From positions 8,990,001 through 9,054,000 of the forward strand of contig JAQFVV010000007.1 of assembly GCA_028023455.1 (NCBI GenBank): a stretch of DNA of 64,000 bases, written 5' to 3'. This DNA is from Epiperipatus broadwayi (lineage: Eukaryota > Animalia > Onychophora). Of the stretch, positions 38,561 through 50,599 are shown piece after piece. The position numbers were made by a program, and so were the translations under genes. Each line of letters opens with the position of its first letter. Position 1 is the first letter of the stretch. The notes under the pieces were generated by a model. That model saw nothing but the letters and a program-made list of their open reading frames with translations, was not told the DNA's origin and searched no databases.

Positions 38561-39399
38561 AAAATTTCCTGGTAAATTTATTTTAAAACTTTTTTGAAAA
38601 ACATTGGTACAAATTAAAAAATACTAGTATGCAGATAAATAATAATCTGAATGCCAAAAATTCAATAACTTTTATCATCTTAACAAAATTACAAAATATT
38701 GTTTCCATTTATAAACAAATTATTGTTTCATAAAAACTTTGTGCTGATATAAATATAAGCATAGTCTGTAGTTTAAAGTATTATTAATAAAATAAATATA
38801 TAAAATTTAATTTAAAAACTTCAATATAAACACAGACTACAAATATTAAAATATTTATATAAATTTCCAGCAGAGTTTGGGTTGATAATAAACTAAAAAA
38901 ATTAAATTTTTTACTGAAATTTTAAAAAATTCATAAATTCAAAAAAGTACAACCTATATTAAATGAGTGTTGATAAAATATGTTAAACAAGATAGCAGAA
39001 CTGATCAATTCTTCTTTGCTTCATAAAACAAAAATACTAACTACTTAACAGTAAGAAGATACAACATTTATAATACAGAAAGATTTACTGTAATTGGGTA
39101 TTCCAATTAAAAGATGCTTGATAGGTTTTTGATTATTATGATCATAGAAGCAAAACACTGATTTTTGCAGAAAAGAATCTTAAATTAATTTTATGGTGAT
39201 TAAAATTAAAAAATTATTGATGCCTTGAAATATTAATCCATGTAAATAATATTAGTAAAATTAGAAAAAATGGCATAAACTAACACTTACTACTCATCAG
39301 GTGGTCAGTATATGGATATTCATTATTCAAAATTAGTCTAAAAAATTGAAAAAGTTTTTTTAGCCAAACCAATAAAAATGTGAATCAAGTTTAAAAATT

Positions 39400-39670
39400 A
39401 CAGAAATTTCATACATGGTTCTCTCTCCAAGATGGTTGCATGAGATCTCTGAATCAACATGCATTACATAGTAAAACACTGTGACAATATGTTTTACAAC
39501 TTAACCTATGATGAAATAATGTGCTAACATTACATTTTGTTTTAAACTGGGCAAAACTATTACTGAAATATTTGAAATGATTCAAACTGCTTACAACAGT
39601 AAAGTCTTGATTTGCTAAAATGTTTTCAAGATTTAACATTGACTGGAAGAATATTAAAGATGATCTATGA
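39400..39670 (+). mobile_element. Mariner 5' fragment interrupted by the palindrome
   Basis: FCFKLGKTITEIFEMIQTAY-like HTH. Confidence 0.7.
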
Positions 39671-39932
39671 ATGCAATTTATCCACTCTGCTTTGAATACT
39701 TTTTAGAAAAAACCTTTTATTGTACATATATGCCATACACAATCTTACGTTTTGACTGTCCTGCAGTCTTCTTCAGAACCACTTTTACTTTAATTTTTTA
39801 TAAGCAAAATTAAAGTAAAAGTTGCTCTGAATAAGACTATAGGACAGTTGAAATGTAAGATTGTGTATCGCATATATGTACAATAAAAGGTTTCTGCTAA
39901 AAATTATTCAAAGCAGAATGGATAAATTGCAT
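39671..39932. mobile_element. 262-bp palindrome; each arm carries an outward-facing PLE-type HHR
   Basis: ~125-bp arms ~90% complementary; consensus CTGAAGA a GACTG cagga CAGTC GAAA cg TA aga. Confidence 0.8.
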
Positions 39933-41051
39933 TTATATAAGATATTATAGCAAAATAAAGGAAGTGGTAAATTTGGTAATATTTTTGAATGATCTATATA
40001 GGTATGAAAAACACTATGACATTTCATGATTTAACATAACAAGAGACATGCAACATTTTAAAGTTTATTATAATTAGCTAAACTGTCACTACATAACATG
40101 TACATTGACTTAGAGATGGTTCTGCATGCATCTTGGAGAAATGATCAGTCAAACTTTCACTGGGATGCATTACAGTTAAGGATACTAAACCCCAAAATTT
40201 GTTGTAGCAATGAATGCTTTAGTTAATAACAATTTAAAATATTTACAATTAAATATGCACTTATATCATTAAAACACATTCATAAATAAATATGGCAATT
40301 GTGATTCAAAAAAGAGAAAGATGATAAAGAATAAAAAGATAAATATGAGTTTTATAACTCTTATGCAAACAAATCACTAAAATAGAAATATTGTAACAGA
40401 TATAATATGCTAATCTTCTAGTCAAACTTATTTAGCACTTTCTGATATTGGCTTTTAATCTTTTCATAAATAATAAAATACTGATGGCCATGTAGTTTAA
40501 TGGAGCTGTAAAATGACAGGCTTAAGAGATGATTGTAAGTGGAACAAAAATTAACCTGCCCCTTCTAGTGCTCAAATGGCATGTGACTCCCAAGCAACTA
40601 ACCAATTATTAATTTAATACTAAATATTAAAGCCATGAGAAAAGCTTTAACAAAAATGTGTATTCTATGATCAAAACATTATGTTTAAAAACATGTATAT
40701 ACTTCTTCAAATTATAATAAATAAAAAAATTACAGAGATAAAGTGTGTTTCTGATATGCCTGTAGTCTGAGAGCTTGGTCTGACTTCTGGGTGGATGGAC
40801 GGTTGGGAAAGGATTGAACTAAAATTAAAAGATACACTGAGAAAAGTTAAAAAAACTTGCAAATATAATGTAATAAGTTGTATTTCTACAATAGAGTATT
40901 TAGAAAAAGATTATTCTCAAGAGAAACCCACTGTGGATAAAATGATCAATTCTTACCCAGCATATGTCATAATGATAACCTCATAAAACTGGTACATAGT
41001 TGAAAAATTTGGATTTCATTGCTACACCATATTACAAAATATCTTGTAGAC

Positions 41052-41984
41052 TTATAATTATTTATTAAGCACACAGGAAATATAGGTAAATACTTTTAAG
41101 ACAGGCTTTAACCTGTATCAAATGCATCTTGAAATTTATAATAGTCAAGCAATATCTTTATTTTGCTGATAGAAGGACCTCTCAAATCATGATACAAGAT
41201 AGCGACTTTTATAAAGACAAGAGTGGTCATCTTATCTTTAACCTAACTTTCCACTTATATAGGCCAATCTGAAGAATCTTGATTTGAGAGCATGAAGCTG
41301 TTGTTCTCTCCACTGTTTACATTCACTATTTCCTATACAAATTAACATTTGTGAAAGCTTGAGATTTACGAGTTAATATTACAATCTTTATACTGAAAAT
41401 ATATAAACTATTGCAAAGTTATAATTATTTATCAAATGCACAGGAAGTATATGTAAATACTTTTAAGACAGGCTTTAACCTGTATCAAATGCACCTTGAA
41501 ATTTATAATAGTCGTGGTTTGAGAGGTCCCTCTATTGGCAAAATAAGGATATTGCTTGACTGTTATAAATTTCAAAGTGTATTTGATACATGTTAAAGCC
41601 TGTCTTAAAGTATTTACATATACTTCCTGTGTGCTTAATAAATAATTATAACTCTACAATAGTTTATATATTTCCAGTGATAAAGATCATAATTTTAAAT
41701 CGTAGATCACAACATTTTGAAAATGTTAATTTGTCTAGGAAATAGTGGACTTAAACAGTGGAGAGAACAATAGCTTCATGCTCCCAAATGAAAATTCTTC
41801 ATATTAGCCTACCTAAGTGAAAAGGTAGATTAAAGATAAGATGGCCACTCTTGCCTTTATAAAAGTCACTATCTTGTGCTGTGGTTTGAGAGGTCCCTCT
41901 ATCAGCAAAATAAAGATATTGCTTGACTATTATAAATTTCAATGCGCATTTGATACAGGTTAAAGCCTGTCTTAAAAGTATTTA
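41052..41984. repeat. Palindrome built from ~367-bp tandem units (~1.3 units per arm)
   Basis: gtggtttgagaggtccc at 41514 and 41881; left arm 41052-41513 is the reverse complement; ~43-bp central spacer. Confidence 0.9.
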
Positions 41985-42840
41985 AAATATCTTGTAATAT
42001 TAATCTCTTACAGTAATATTAAAATTGATAGATTTATTTATTTAGTATATGAATGTTCTTAGGCTGCTTAATTATTAACAGAATAACATAAAGAAATCTG
42101 TAGAAATTCCAAAACAGGAAATAGAATCACTTGTGATTTACTAAGTTATTCAATTTTGCCACTCTACCCATAGATGTGACAGTTATCAATGATGTAGTTC
42201 ATGGACTGTTTTTGCACATATATGTCAGTGGTTATTATAATTTATGAAGTAGATGAGTGTAAAGATCATAAGTGTTCCAGAATCTGTTGATGAGACTCCA
42301 ATAAAGTCTATATTAGAATTCAATTAATTGGACAGTAATTTATTAGAAATATGAGTTTACAAATGAAAAACATCCTAAAAAATCATATTTGAACATTGCA
42401 AATACTGGAAAAATAATAAAGCAAATATGTAATGAAAATAATAATTTTTTTTCATTGAGTGGTGCAAATGTAAGCTAGAGTAAATATGTAATGAGAACAA
42501 TAGACATTTTTCTGGTTGAGTGGTTCATACGTAAGCTAGCCAAACAAGTGAAAACAGAAAATTAACAAAATCTTTGTTAACTGAATTTATATTTTAAACA
42601 TGAACCAATACTGCAAAGCAATCATAAATCTATCAAATTTTGTTCTAAAATTGCATGTATAATTTTTAAAATATGTCAAAAGACCTGCACTACCATCTTT
42701 GAAAAGATTTCAAAAGACATTACGAACTGCAATCTTACTGACTGTAGTTTTGTTTTTAATGTTATGATTGAATATATTAACTTCTACTTTTGCAAATAAA
42801 ATGTATATGAATAAAATAAAAGTGTAACATGTAAATGTTT

Positions 42841-43310
42841 GCAAGGAAATCAAGTCACATATGATGTAACTTAATTTAATAATCTAGAAACCAGTCTGAA
42901 GATAGGAATATTCTGAAAACCTTGTTAAGAGCTATTGACATGCTCATTATATAACATTTGTAATAGAAGCTTATTAAATCAAGTCACATGATATATGACT
43001 TTATTTCCTTGCAATTATTATTATTTCTCTTAAGGCTTTGGCAATTTTATATTGCTAAAGCAATTACTATATGGTGTATCTGAATTTTAGTTCAGTCCCA
43101 TATAGCTATTTAAGTTAGATAGCTGAATTTGAAGACATATAAATGTCTGAAAATTTCAGACTTTCTACTAAATAGTTAAACATTAGATATAGTGCTGGGC
43201 TTGAACTGGTATTTTAGATCTAGTGTCTGAAATATCCTAGCATCTCACTGAGGAGAGCCAATAGCTTGAAACTGGTTGGGGAATGTGAATATTTTCTAGA
43301 TAGAGATTCT
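42841..43310 (+). mobile_element. Retrozyme-like family B (~381-bp unit) with short inverted 5' piece
   Basis: Half HHR GAAAccagTC at 42887; HHR 43231-43290; 42841-42882 is an inverted copy of ~42967-43012; rc-homologous to 49705-50230. Confidence 0.8.
43231..43290 (+). ncRNA. Type I hammerhead, family B (cleavage-site base apparently deleted)
   Basis: tatcctagca tctca CTGAGGA GAGC caata GCTT GAAA ctgg t tgggg. Confidence 0.7.
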
Positions 43311-43779
43311 AAATGTTTTCTCTTGTGGTATTTATAGATAAAACTTTTTAGAATTATTAGCATGCTCATTATTTTATATTGGAAAAAAAATATGACTTTC
43401 TTTTTTGAAAATCAAACAAGAAATGAACACTCTCTAAAGCTCTGGAAGCAATCTCACTGCCTGAAAATGAAATAAAACTACTCATCAGTAGTAGTTTTTT
43501 TTTCATATTAATGAATTGATATTTTTATCAACAAAACAAATAAAAAAACAGCAAATAAATACTATAGATAACCACTAGAGAATAAATTTAAGCTGAAGCA
43601 ACAAGAATATTAAATCACAATGAAGAACATAGCTTTGAAGAAAACAGTTAAATTATCCCACAAACCCAAAATCCTATAAGCAAACAATATTAACACACTT
43701 TTTTTATGTACTTTTGCTGTATATTCAAAATGCGCACATTCTGAATACCAACAAACAAAATAGTGAACAGTCTGCTACC

Positions 43780-44190
43780 CTGGCAACACAAATATCTCTA
43801 TAGTTTCCTATGGTTCATTTCCCTTGATGCACCTTAAGACTGGCTGCTTCAATGATGGTTCCCATGGGCCTTGGCTTCCCAAACATTTTGACCTCATCCA
43901 TTTCAGCTGCTCACGAAGACATCTGGCTTCACCATATAGCACTGCAACTGCCACTTCAAGCTCCTTTCAGCTTCCATCTCTACAACCATCCTCTTTGTAA
44001 CTTCACTTAAAATCTGCTAGAAAATCACTTCTTCACATCTAACTGCTATTCAAAAGATGGTTTCCTCTGGTTTCCCAAACTTTTTGGGCCTATTCAGCTG
44101 CTGCCCATGGGCACATTTTCACTGAGAGAACTGCACATTAACTGAAGCTGTCATTTACATCTCTTTGTAAAATGAACTGGAAAATGAACA
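43780..44190 (-). mobile_element. Possible LTR-retrotransposon gag remnant
   Basis: GC-richer purine-rich coding-like stretch with stops (AVLYGEARCLREQL); no diagnostic motif. Confidence 0.25.
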
Positions 44191-44565
44191 AAGCTCTTTG
44201 TTGTTTACTCTTTTTATAGCTTTCTGATTACTCATACAATTAATCACGATCTCCATATACGGGAAGGTATTTAGGTCAATAACTAATTAATTGGTGCTTT
44301 TAGAATTTCTTTCCATATAAGATAACTTAGTCTTTTCCATTCATTAATTAGACTTATCCATTAATTAGACTAATCGAGAAATATTTGTAATCACAAATAT
44401 TTATCGATTGCAATTAACGTAAATTCTTTAATTAAATTTATCGCTTATCAGTTCGCAATCTAAATATTTTTCTTTAATATTTTTTTAATTTTTCTGGAAT
44501 ACACAAACATATAAATATTTTTACAAAATACAACAACTTTATATAATGCAAATATCATATTTTCA

Positions 44566-45520
44566 GTGAAATGGGTGGCTGAAGAGTTGTGGGTTGAAGT
44601 AGTTTGAAGCTTGTCCATTAAAGTATAAAGATAGGATATCTTAATATAAAGCTGAGCACTGATTGCATACATGTGTGGAGATAGTAATCTGAACCAACTG
44701 ATGATTGCTGGTTTAGCATGAAATACATATATTGATTATTTATCTTTTCAACATGTGTGTGATCAGGTGGGTCAGCAATATGAGATGACATGAAGAGTTG
44801 AGGGTCATGAGAATGTCTGAGTTTGAATCCCTTATACATTACATTATATATGTGCAGGTGTGTGTAAGCCTGAACAGTGTATTAAATTACATATTGAAAT
44901 ATAGTGTGTTAAAGGTCTCCCATCCCTTGCACATGTATGTAAATGGATTATTCTCCAGTACATGAGGGGTCAGAATGACTAAATGGTCGACATGAGTAGG
45001 ATGACAACCTTGGCACTAATGTGGGCTTTGAACAAATGGAAGGCTGAAGAGTTGTGGGTTTGGAGTAGTTTGAAGCCTGTCCATTAAAGTATGAAGATTG
45101 GCTTAATATAAAGCTGAGCACTTATTGTATATATGTATGGAGATAGTAATCTGGACCAACTTATGATTGCTAGTTTAGCATGAAATATGTATATTGGTGA
45201 TTATTTATCTTTTCAACATGTGTGTGATCAGGTTGGTCAGCAATGTGAGATGGCATGGAGAATTAAGGATCATGTGAAAGTCTGAATTTGAATCCCTTAT
45301 ATATTACATTATATATGTGCAGGTGTTTGTAAGCCTGAACAGTGTATTAAATTAAATATTTTATTATTTATGTGTGTGATCAGGTTGGTCAGCAATATGA
45401 GATGGCATGGAGAATTAAGGATCATGTGAAAGTCTGAATTTGAATCCCTTATATATTACATTATATATGTGCAGGTGTTTGTAAGCCTGAACAGTGTATT
45501 AAATTAAATATTTTATTATT
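44566..45520 (+). mobile_element. Retrozyme-like family C: ~462-465-bp tandem units with HHR and tRNA-like segment
   Basis: ggctgaagagttgtggg at 44577 and 45042; HHRs at 44686-44740 and 45148-45202; extra ~150-bp duplication 45220-45520. Confidence 0.8.
44686..44740 (+). ncRNA. Type I hammerhead, family C, core intact
   Basis: aatc tga accaa CTGATGA t TGCT ggttt AGCA t GAAA tacata TA ttga; second copy supplies the full stem I accaa/ttggt and aatc/gatt. Confidence 0.75.
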
Positions 45521-46669
45521 CCAAACTTATAAAAATAACTGACAATTCCAACTATCCAACAGCCTTCTTAGAGCACTTTCCACTAATCTTCTATACACTT
45601 TATACAATGGAACCACAATACTTCACTCAAACTTTTAAATTAGTTGGCAGTCTTGATTATTCAACAGCCTTCTATATCTATAACATGCATAATATCTATA
45701 AGCATACTACATAAATTTCGTTATTTGCGTGTGCCTGTATTAGTTGAATTCTAAGCCCGAAGGTAGGCTGGGATTATTAGAAAACAGATTATCACATCTA
45801 AGCAGTATCATTAGTTATCATTGGGTGGTCATATCCTGTTTCATTTACCCAATTAGCATTTTGTCCCTAGTAATTCATTTTTAGAGCTGTACCATAAACT
45901 TTAATGAATGAGTTACCTCAATTTGTTTAAAAAATAGCAACTATTATATGTTAGCTATCAGATTTTAAACTTACATATTTTTAATATTTTCTGTATTTTA
46001 CTAGAATAATAAATTAAATGTGTAGTTAGTTATTTGTTTGTTAATAACTGTTACATTTTAGTTATTGGATTTTAAATCTTCTGCAAATTTTAAATATTCT
46101 CTGTATTCCGTTTTGACTGATATACGTGTTTATGCTCATATAATTCAAATGCTAATATTAAATGGAGGAAAAAATCATAGCTCTGCTATCTTAGATAAAC
46201 AGTTCCGCAACAATAGCATTTCCAAACATCAAAATTCATCGAACACAAAGAAATTTGAAGGTTTAAAAAATATTTTATCCACCTTAAAAATGACAAAAAA
46301 AAATATCAATGAAATCTAATCAGGAAGAATATAAATTTACTCCGGAATTCAAAATAAATGACAAAATCATGAAATAAATTTTCAGTTTAAATACAAATTA
46401 CTTTAACTAATCTTAAAACGATATACAGTATATATATTTTTTATATTTGTAAACTTAAATTTCAAATTCATAAGATAATAAGCTTAAGCAGAACTTATTA
46501 TTAGCATATCAATGCATCTAGTGCCCTGTGAGGGTTAACACAATGATCTAATAAGGAACCAAGCTAAAAGTACCTTAATTAATCGAAGCTTAACGTGTCA
46601 TGCTGCTGCTTGAAATCACATGAACTCTTGAGTAATTAATGCTCAACTATAACTCAAATCTATACTGAA

Positions 46670-46830
46670 ATATTAATTACTGTGTTAACCTGTATTACCC
46701 ATACAGTGGGTAGAATTTGAAAATAACAGAAATTTGAATCCAAAACCTAATTAGCTACTGTGTTAACCTGTTTTAGCCATACAGTGGGTAGAGTTTGAAG
46801 GTTGAGCCCAAAGCCAAACTAGCTAGCTAC
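46670..46830. repeat. ~75-bp tandem duplication with taccca-tacag-tgggta hairpin
   Basis: tactgtgttaacctg..ccatacagtgggtaga occurs twice. Confidence 0.7.
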
Positions 46831-48845
46831 ACACTATTATTATTATCTAGAGAGTAGAAATAATAAGATAATATTGATAAGTTAGATTTATGTAAAAAAA
46901 AAAAATAGCATGGAAGAGAAACTTTATTACAATCACAATGTTAGTGTCCTAAAACCTTCTGACACAGACCCTCTTTACTAATTACTAGCTTTTCAATGCC
47001 AGAACAGCACTGTAGTTTAACACAGGAGTAAATTAAGAATTTTAAAAGCTAAAGGTGCTTTATGTGAAGCTCAACCTGCCACTCAAGAACTTAAAAATCA
47101 CATGATTTTCTAGCAATTAACTACAGAATTATATTTAATGCATAAACTGAATGCTTTACACTGTATAAATAACAGGATTATCTGGTCATACTCATGTAGT
47201 AGAGTTTAAATTCCAGAAAAGTTTGGATTTTTTTTTTTTTTTAGATAACAGGAATTTTCCAAGCAAGATTATAATTTAACAAGTATTCAGTTTATAGCTG
47301 AACAAATTCACTTCATTGTATCAGGTGTAAAAGAATATCTAATTATTCTTATTTATAGAATAAAGAAAATCAGTATAATGTTGATAGATTAAATTAAATA
47401 TAAGAAAATGGTGCAGGGTGACACAACCTTCATCATTCTCCAAAATACTGCCATTGTACCTTCAGAATCAGATTCCCAAAGTGTATTTAACTTTAAAAAA
47501 TAATTGCCTTAAGACAAAAGCATGATTTCAAAATTTATATATACCATTCTTTTAATGAGAAAACTATTTGTTATTTTTTTTAAAAAAGTTATTGTAAAAT
47601 GCATAGGATAGAGCTTCTGTTATAATACAGATGGAACATTTAAAAGCTAATCTTCAATTAAACAATGTATATTTTCTGCTTATGGACCCATGTGCAATTA
47701 AACTCAATATAAGAATGGTAGATTCAGGGTTAAAGATTTCTATGTATAATCTCAGCTCAGAGGGATTAATTAAACAGAAATGTTTCACTCATGGCTGGTA
47801 CTTGGGTGCTCAAATGTTACAACTTCCTGAGATATTTACCATTCGATTCTTTTATATTTTTGTATCTATACATAATATCATTAGTGCCCAAATAAAAATG
47901 TATTTTACTATTCTACTGATAATATTGTAATGCTTAATCCTTTTTGAGATCAATACAATTCTACATCTCAGATTTGGAGCCACATTACAAAGCTGGAAAG
48001 AGTGATATCCATCACTTTGTCATAAAATAATACAACCATTTATGTCTTGAAAATGTTTTGTCAAACTGATAATTTGTACATTAGATGAGAACATGATGGA
48101 GAATGATTAATAAATTTAAACTTATGCACCGCATATTTATACTGTAATCTTAAATTATTAAAAATAAAGGGATCAGTGCTAATCTTAACCATCTTGTATA
48201 ATGATTATCCAAGTTTAAAAAATCTTTTTAAAAAATGAGAAATAATACAATTTTAATTTATCATATTTATAAAGTTAAATTATAAAATAAAATAACTGCA
48301 GAATTGTAATTCACATTAATTTCACCACAGATACTCCAAATACAAATAAAAACATCTGAAAAAAGCAAATGATCACTTGCCTTTTTAAGTTGACTTTAGT
48401 CATGTGATTAGAATATGTGTGGTAAAATTATTAAAAAAGGAAATAATGAACTCCAATATATTGTTACTTCATATAAATTACAACAAAAAATCATATAAAA
48501 CAATTAATATAGATATATGTTAATCGTACATAAAAAGCCTTTTTGACACATTTCAAATGTTAATAACCTATTATTATATTATGGTGCAATGTGATGCACT
48601 GTGACTTCTTATTTGAAGTCAGAAATCTCTCAGCCACTATGCCCAGAGAAACCTGTTAGCCAGCTCCATCCCATTTTTACAACATAACATAATCTTGTCA
48701 ACTCCATTATATCTAAATCTCCCTTATCTTTTCCCAAACACAGCATAGCCAAGAATCCACCTTCTGTATAATTACTTAGTTTATATTTAATGAATATTAT
48801 ATACAATACCATCTAGTGTTGCTTAATAGAAATAAAACAACAAGA

Positions 48846-49702
48846 ATAAGAAAAATAAAACATTAGTAAAATAGAATAAGACTTTCATATAAACAGACAA
48901 TATAACTTTTAAAAAAAACTGACTATATAATGTAACAATATCAAAACAATTAATACATGTATTATACAACTTTATATATACTGTCTTATATAATTTTCTA
49001 TTAATTTACAATTCATCAGTTGTTATGTAAATTTATCAATGTTTTGTAAATATTCATACAACTATTTAAGTTATGTTTAATGTAATATGCTTCTTAAATT
49101 TGTATTCTCTTTTGGATTTTTAATATAATTTAAAAGTTTAATATTTTTTATAACATCTATTTTATGTCCATATGTTAAGTAATGAATGTATAATGCAGAT
49201 CGATCATCTCATCTATTAAATGCATTGTTATGTTCTTTGGCTCTTATCTTTATTTCCCTATATGACACACTGAATTTTTGCTATATGATTTACTATGAAC
49301 ATACATGGAAACAGTTACAAATAAGAGCCAAACAACATAACAATGCAATTAATAGGTGAGATGATAAATCTGCTTTATACATTCATTATTTAACATATGG
49401 ACATAAAATAGATGCTATAAAAAATATCAAACTTTTAAATTATATTAAAAATTCAAAGAGAACATAAACATAACTTAAATAATTGTACAAATATTTAGAA
49501 AAACTTCAATAAATTTAGTTAACAACTGGTCAGTTAGAAATGAATGGAAAATTATGTAAGACAATATATATATAAAGTTGTATAATACACATATGTATTC
49601 ATTGTTTTGTATATTATGTTATATAGACTTTTTTTAAGTTATATTGGTTCTATATATGAAAGTCTTATTCTATTTTACTAATGTTTTATTTTTGTTATTG
49701 TT
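48846..49702. repeat. Older ~860-bp palindrome (~390-400-bp arms, 73-bp spacer)
   Basis: 48846-49247 is the reverse complement of 49321-49702 with scattered indels. Confidence 0.9.
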
Positions 49703-49704
49703 AC

Positions 49705-50340
49705 ACAAAAAATCAAGTCAGATGTCACATGACCTAATTTAATAAGCTTATATTGATAAATGTTATATATAAAGTTTACAAAATAAGCTCTTAACAAACT
49801 TTGCAGAATATCCCCAACCCCAAACCAGTTTCTGCTACTGGCATCCTCAGTGAGGTGCTAGGATATTCAAGCATTAGATTAAAAATACTAGAACAAGACC
49901 ATCACTTTATCTAATGTATAACTATTAAGTAAAAAATCTGAAATTTTCAGATATCCATATGTCTTCTAATCCAGCTATCTAACTTAAATAGCCATATGGG
50001 ACTGAACTAAGTTCAGATATACCATATATTAATAGCTTTACTAATATAAAATCACCAAAGCCTTAATAGCAAAAAATAAAATTACAAAAAAAAAAATCAA
50101 ATCAGATGTCACATGACCTAATTTAATAAGCTTGTATTTACAATGTTATACATAGAGATAGCAAAATAAGCTCTTAACAAGCTTTGCCGAAAGTCTCCAG
50201 CCCCAGACCAGTTTCTGCTACTGGCAGCCTCAGTATCCTAGTACCTCACTGAGAATGTCAGTAACAGAAAGCAGTCTGGGGTTGAGATATTCTGCAAAGC
50301 TTGTTAAGAGCTTATTTTGCAAGCTCTATATATAACTTGT
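49705..50340. mobile_element. Retrozyme-like family B array: two minus HHRs 383 nt apart plus inverted plus-strand HHR
   Basis: HHRs 49808-49866 (-), 50195-50234 (-), 50235-50290 (+). Confidence 0.85.
49808..49866 (-). ncRNA. Type I hammerhead, family B, core intact
   Basis: rc: tatcctagca cctca CTGAGGA TGC cagta GCA GAAA ctgg TT tgggg ttggggata. Confidence 0.82.
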
Positions 50341-50599
50341 TATTGTTGTTTTACTTTTATTATGGAATCTTAGATGGCATTGCATATGCAATAATTCATT
50401 AATATAATAATAAATTATTACCATTTGAAAAGATTACTAAACCATGTGCTGACAGAAGCTTTTTATGTATTACTAATATATATTTATATTAGCTGTTTTA
50501 TATGATTTTTTTTGTTGTGGTAAAATTATAATTACATTACTATGCATGAAAAAAAAAAAGAACCACATTTGCAATCATAATATCACACACAATAAATCA

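Noticed and set aside
41140-41310. Canonical hammerhead in the 367-bp unit (CTGATAG..., CTGAAGA...GAAG)
   Set aside because: GAAA is missing, the spacing is wrong, copies disagree and the orientation is opposite to all other arrays; kept only as a possible novel structure.
46680-46800. Hammerhead in the 75-bp duplication
   Set aside because: The hairpin is present but the flanks (CTGTATT, GAAT) do not match the core in either copy.
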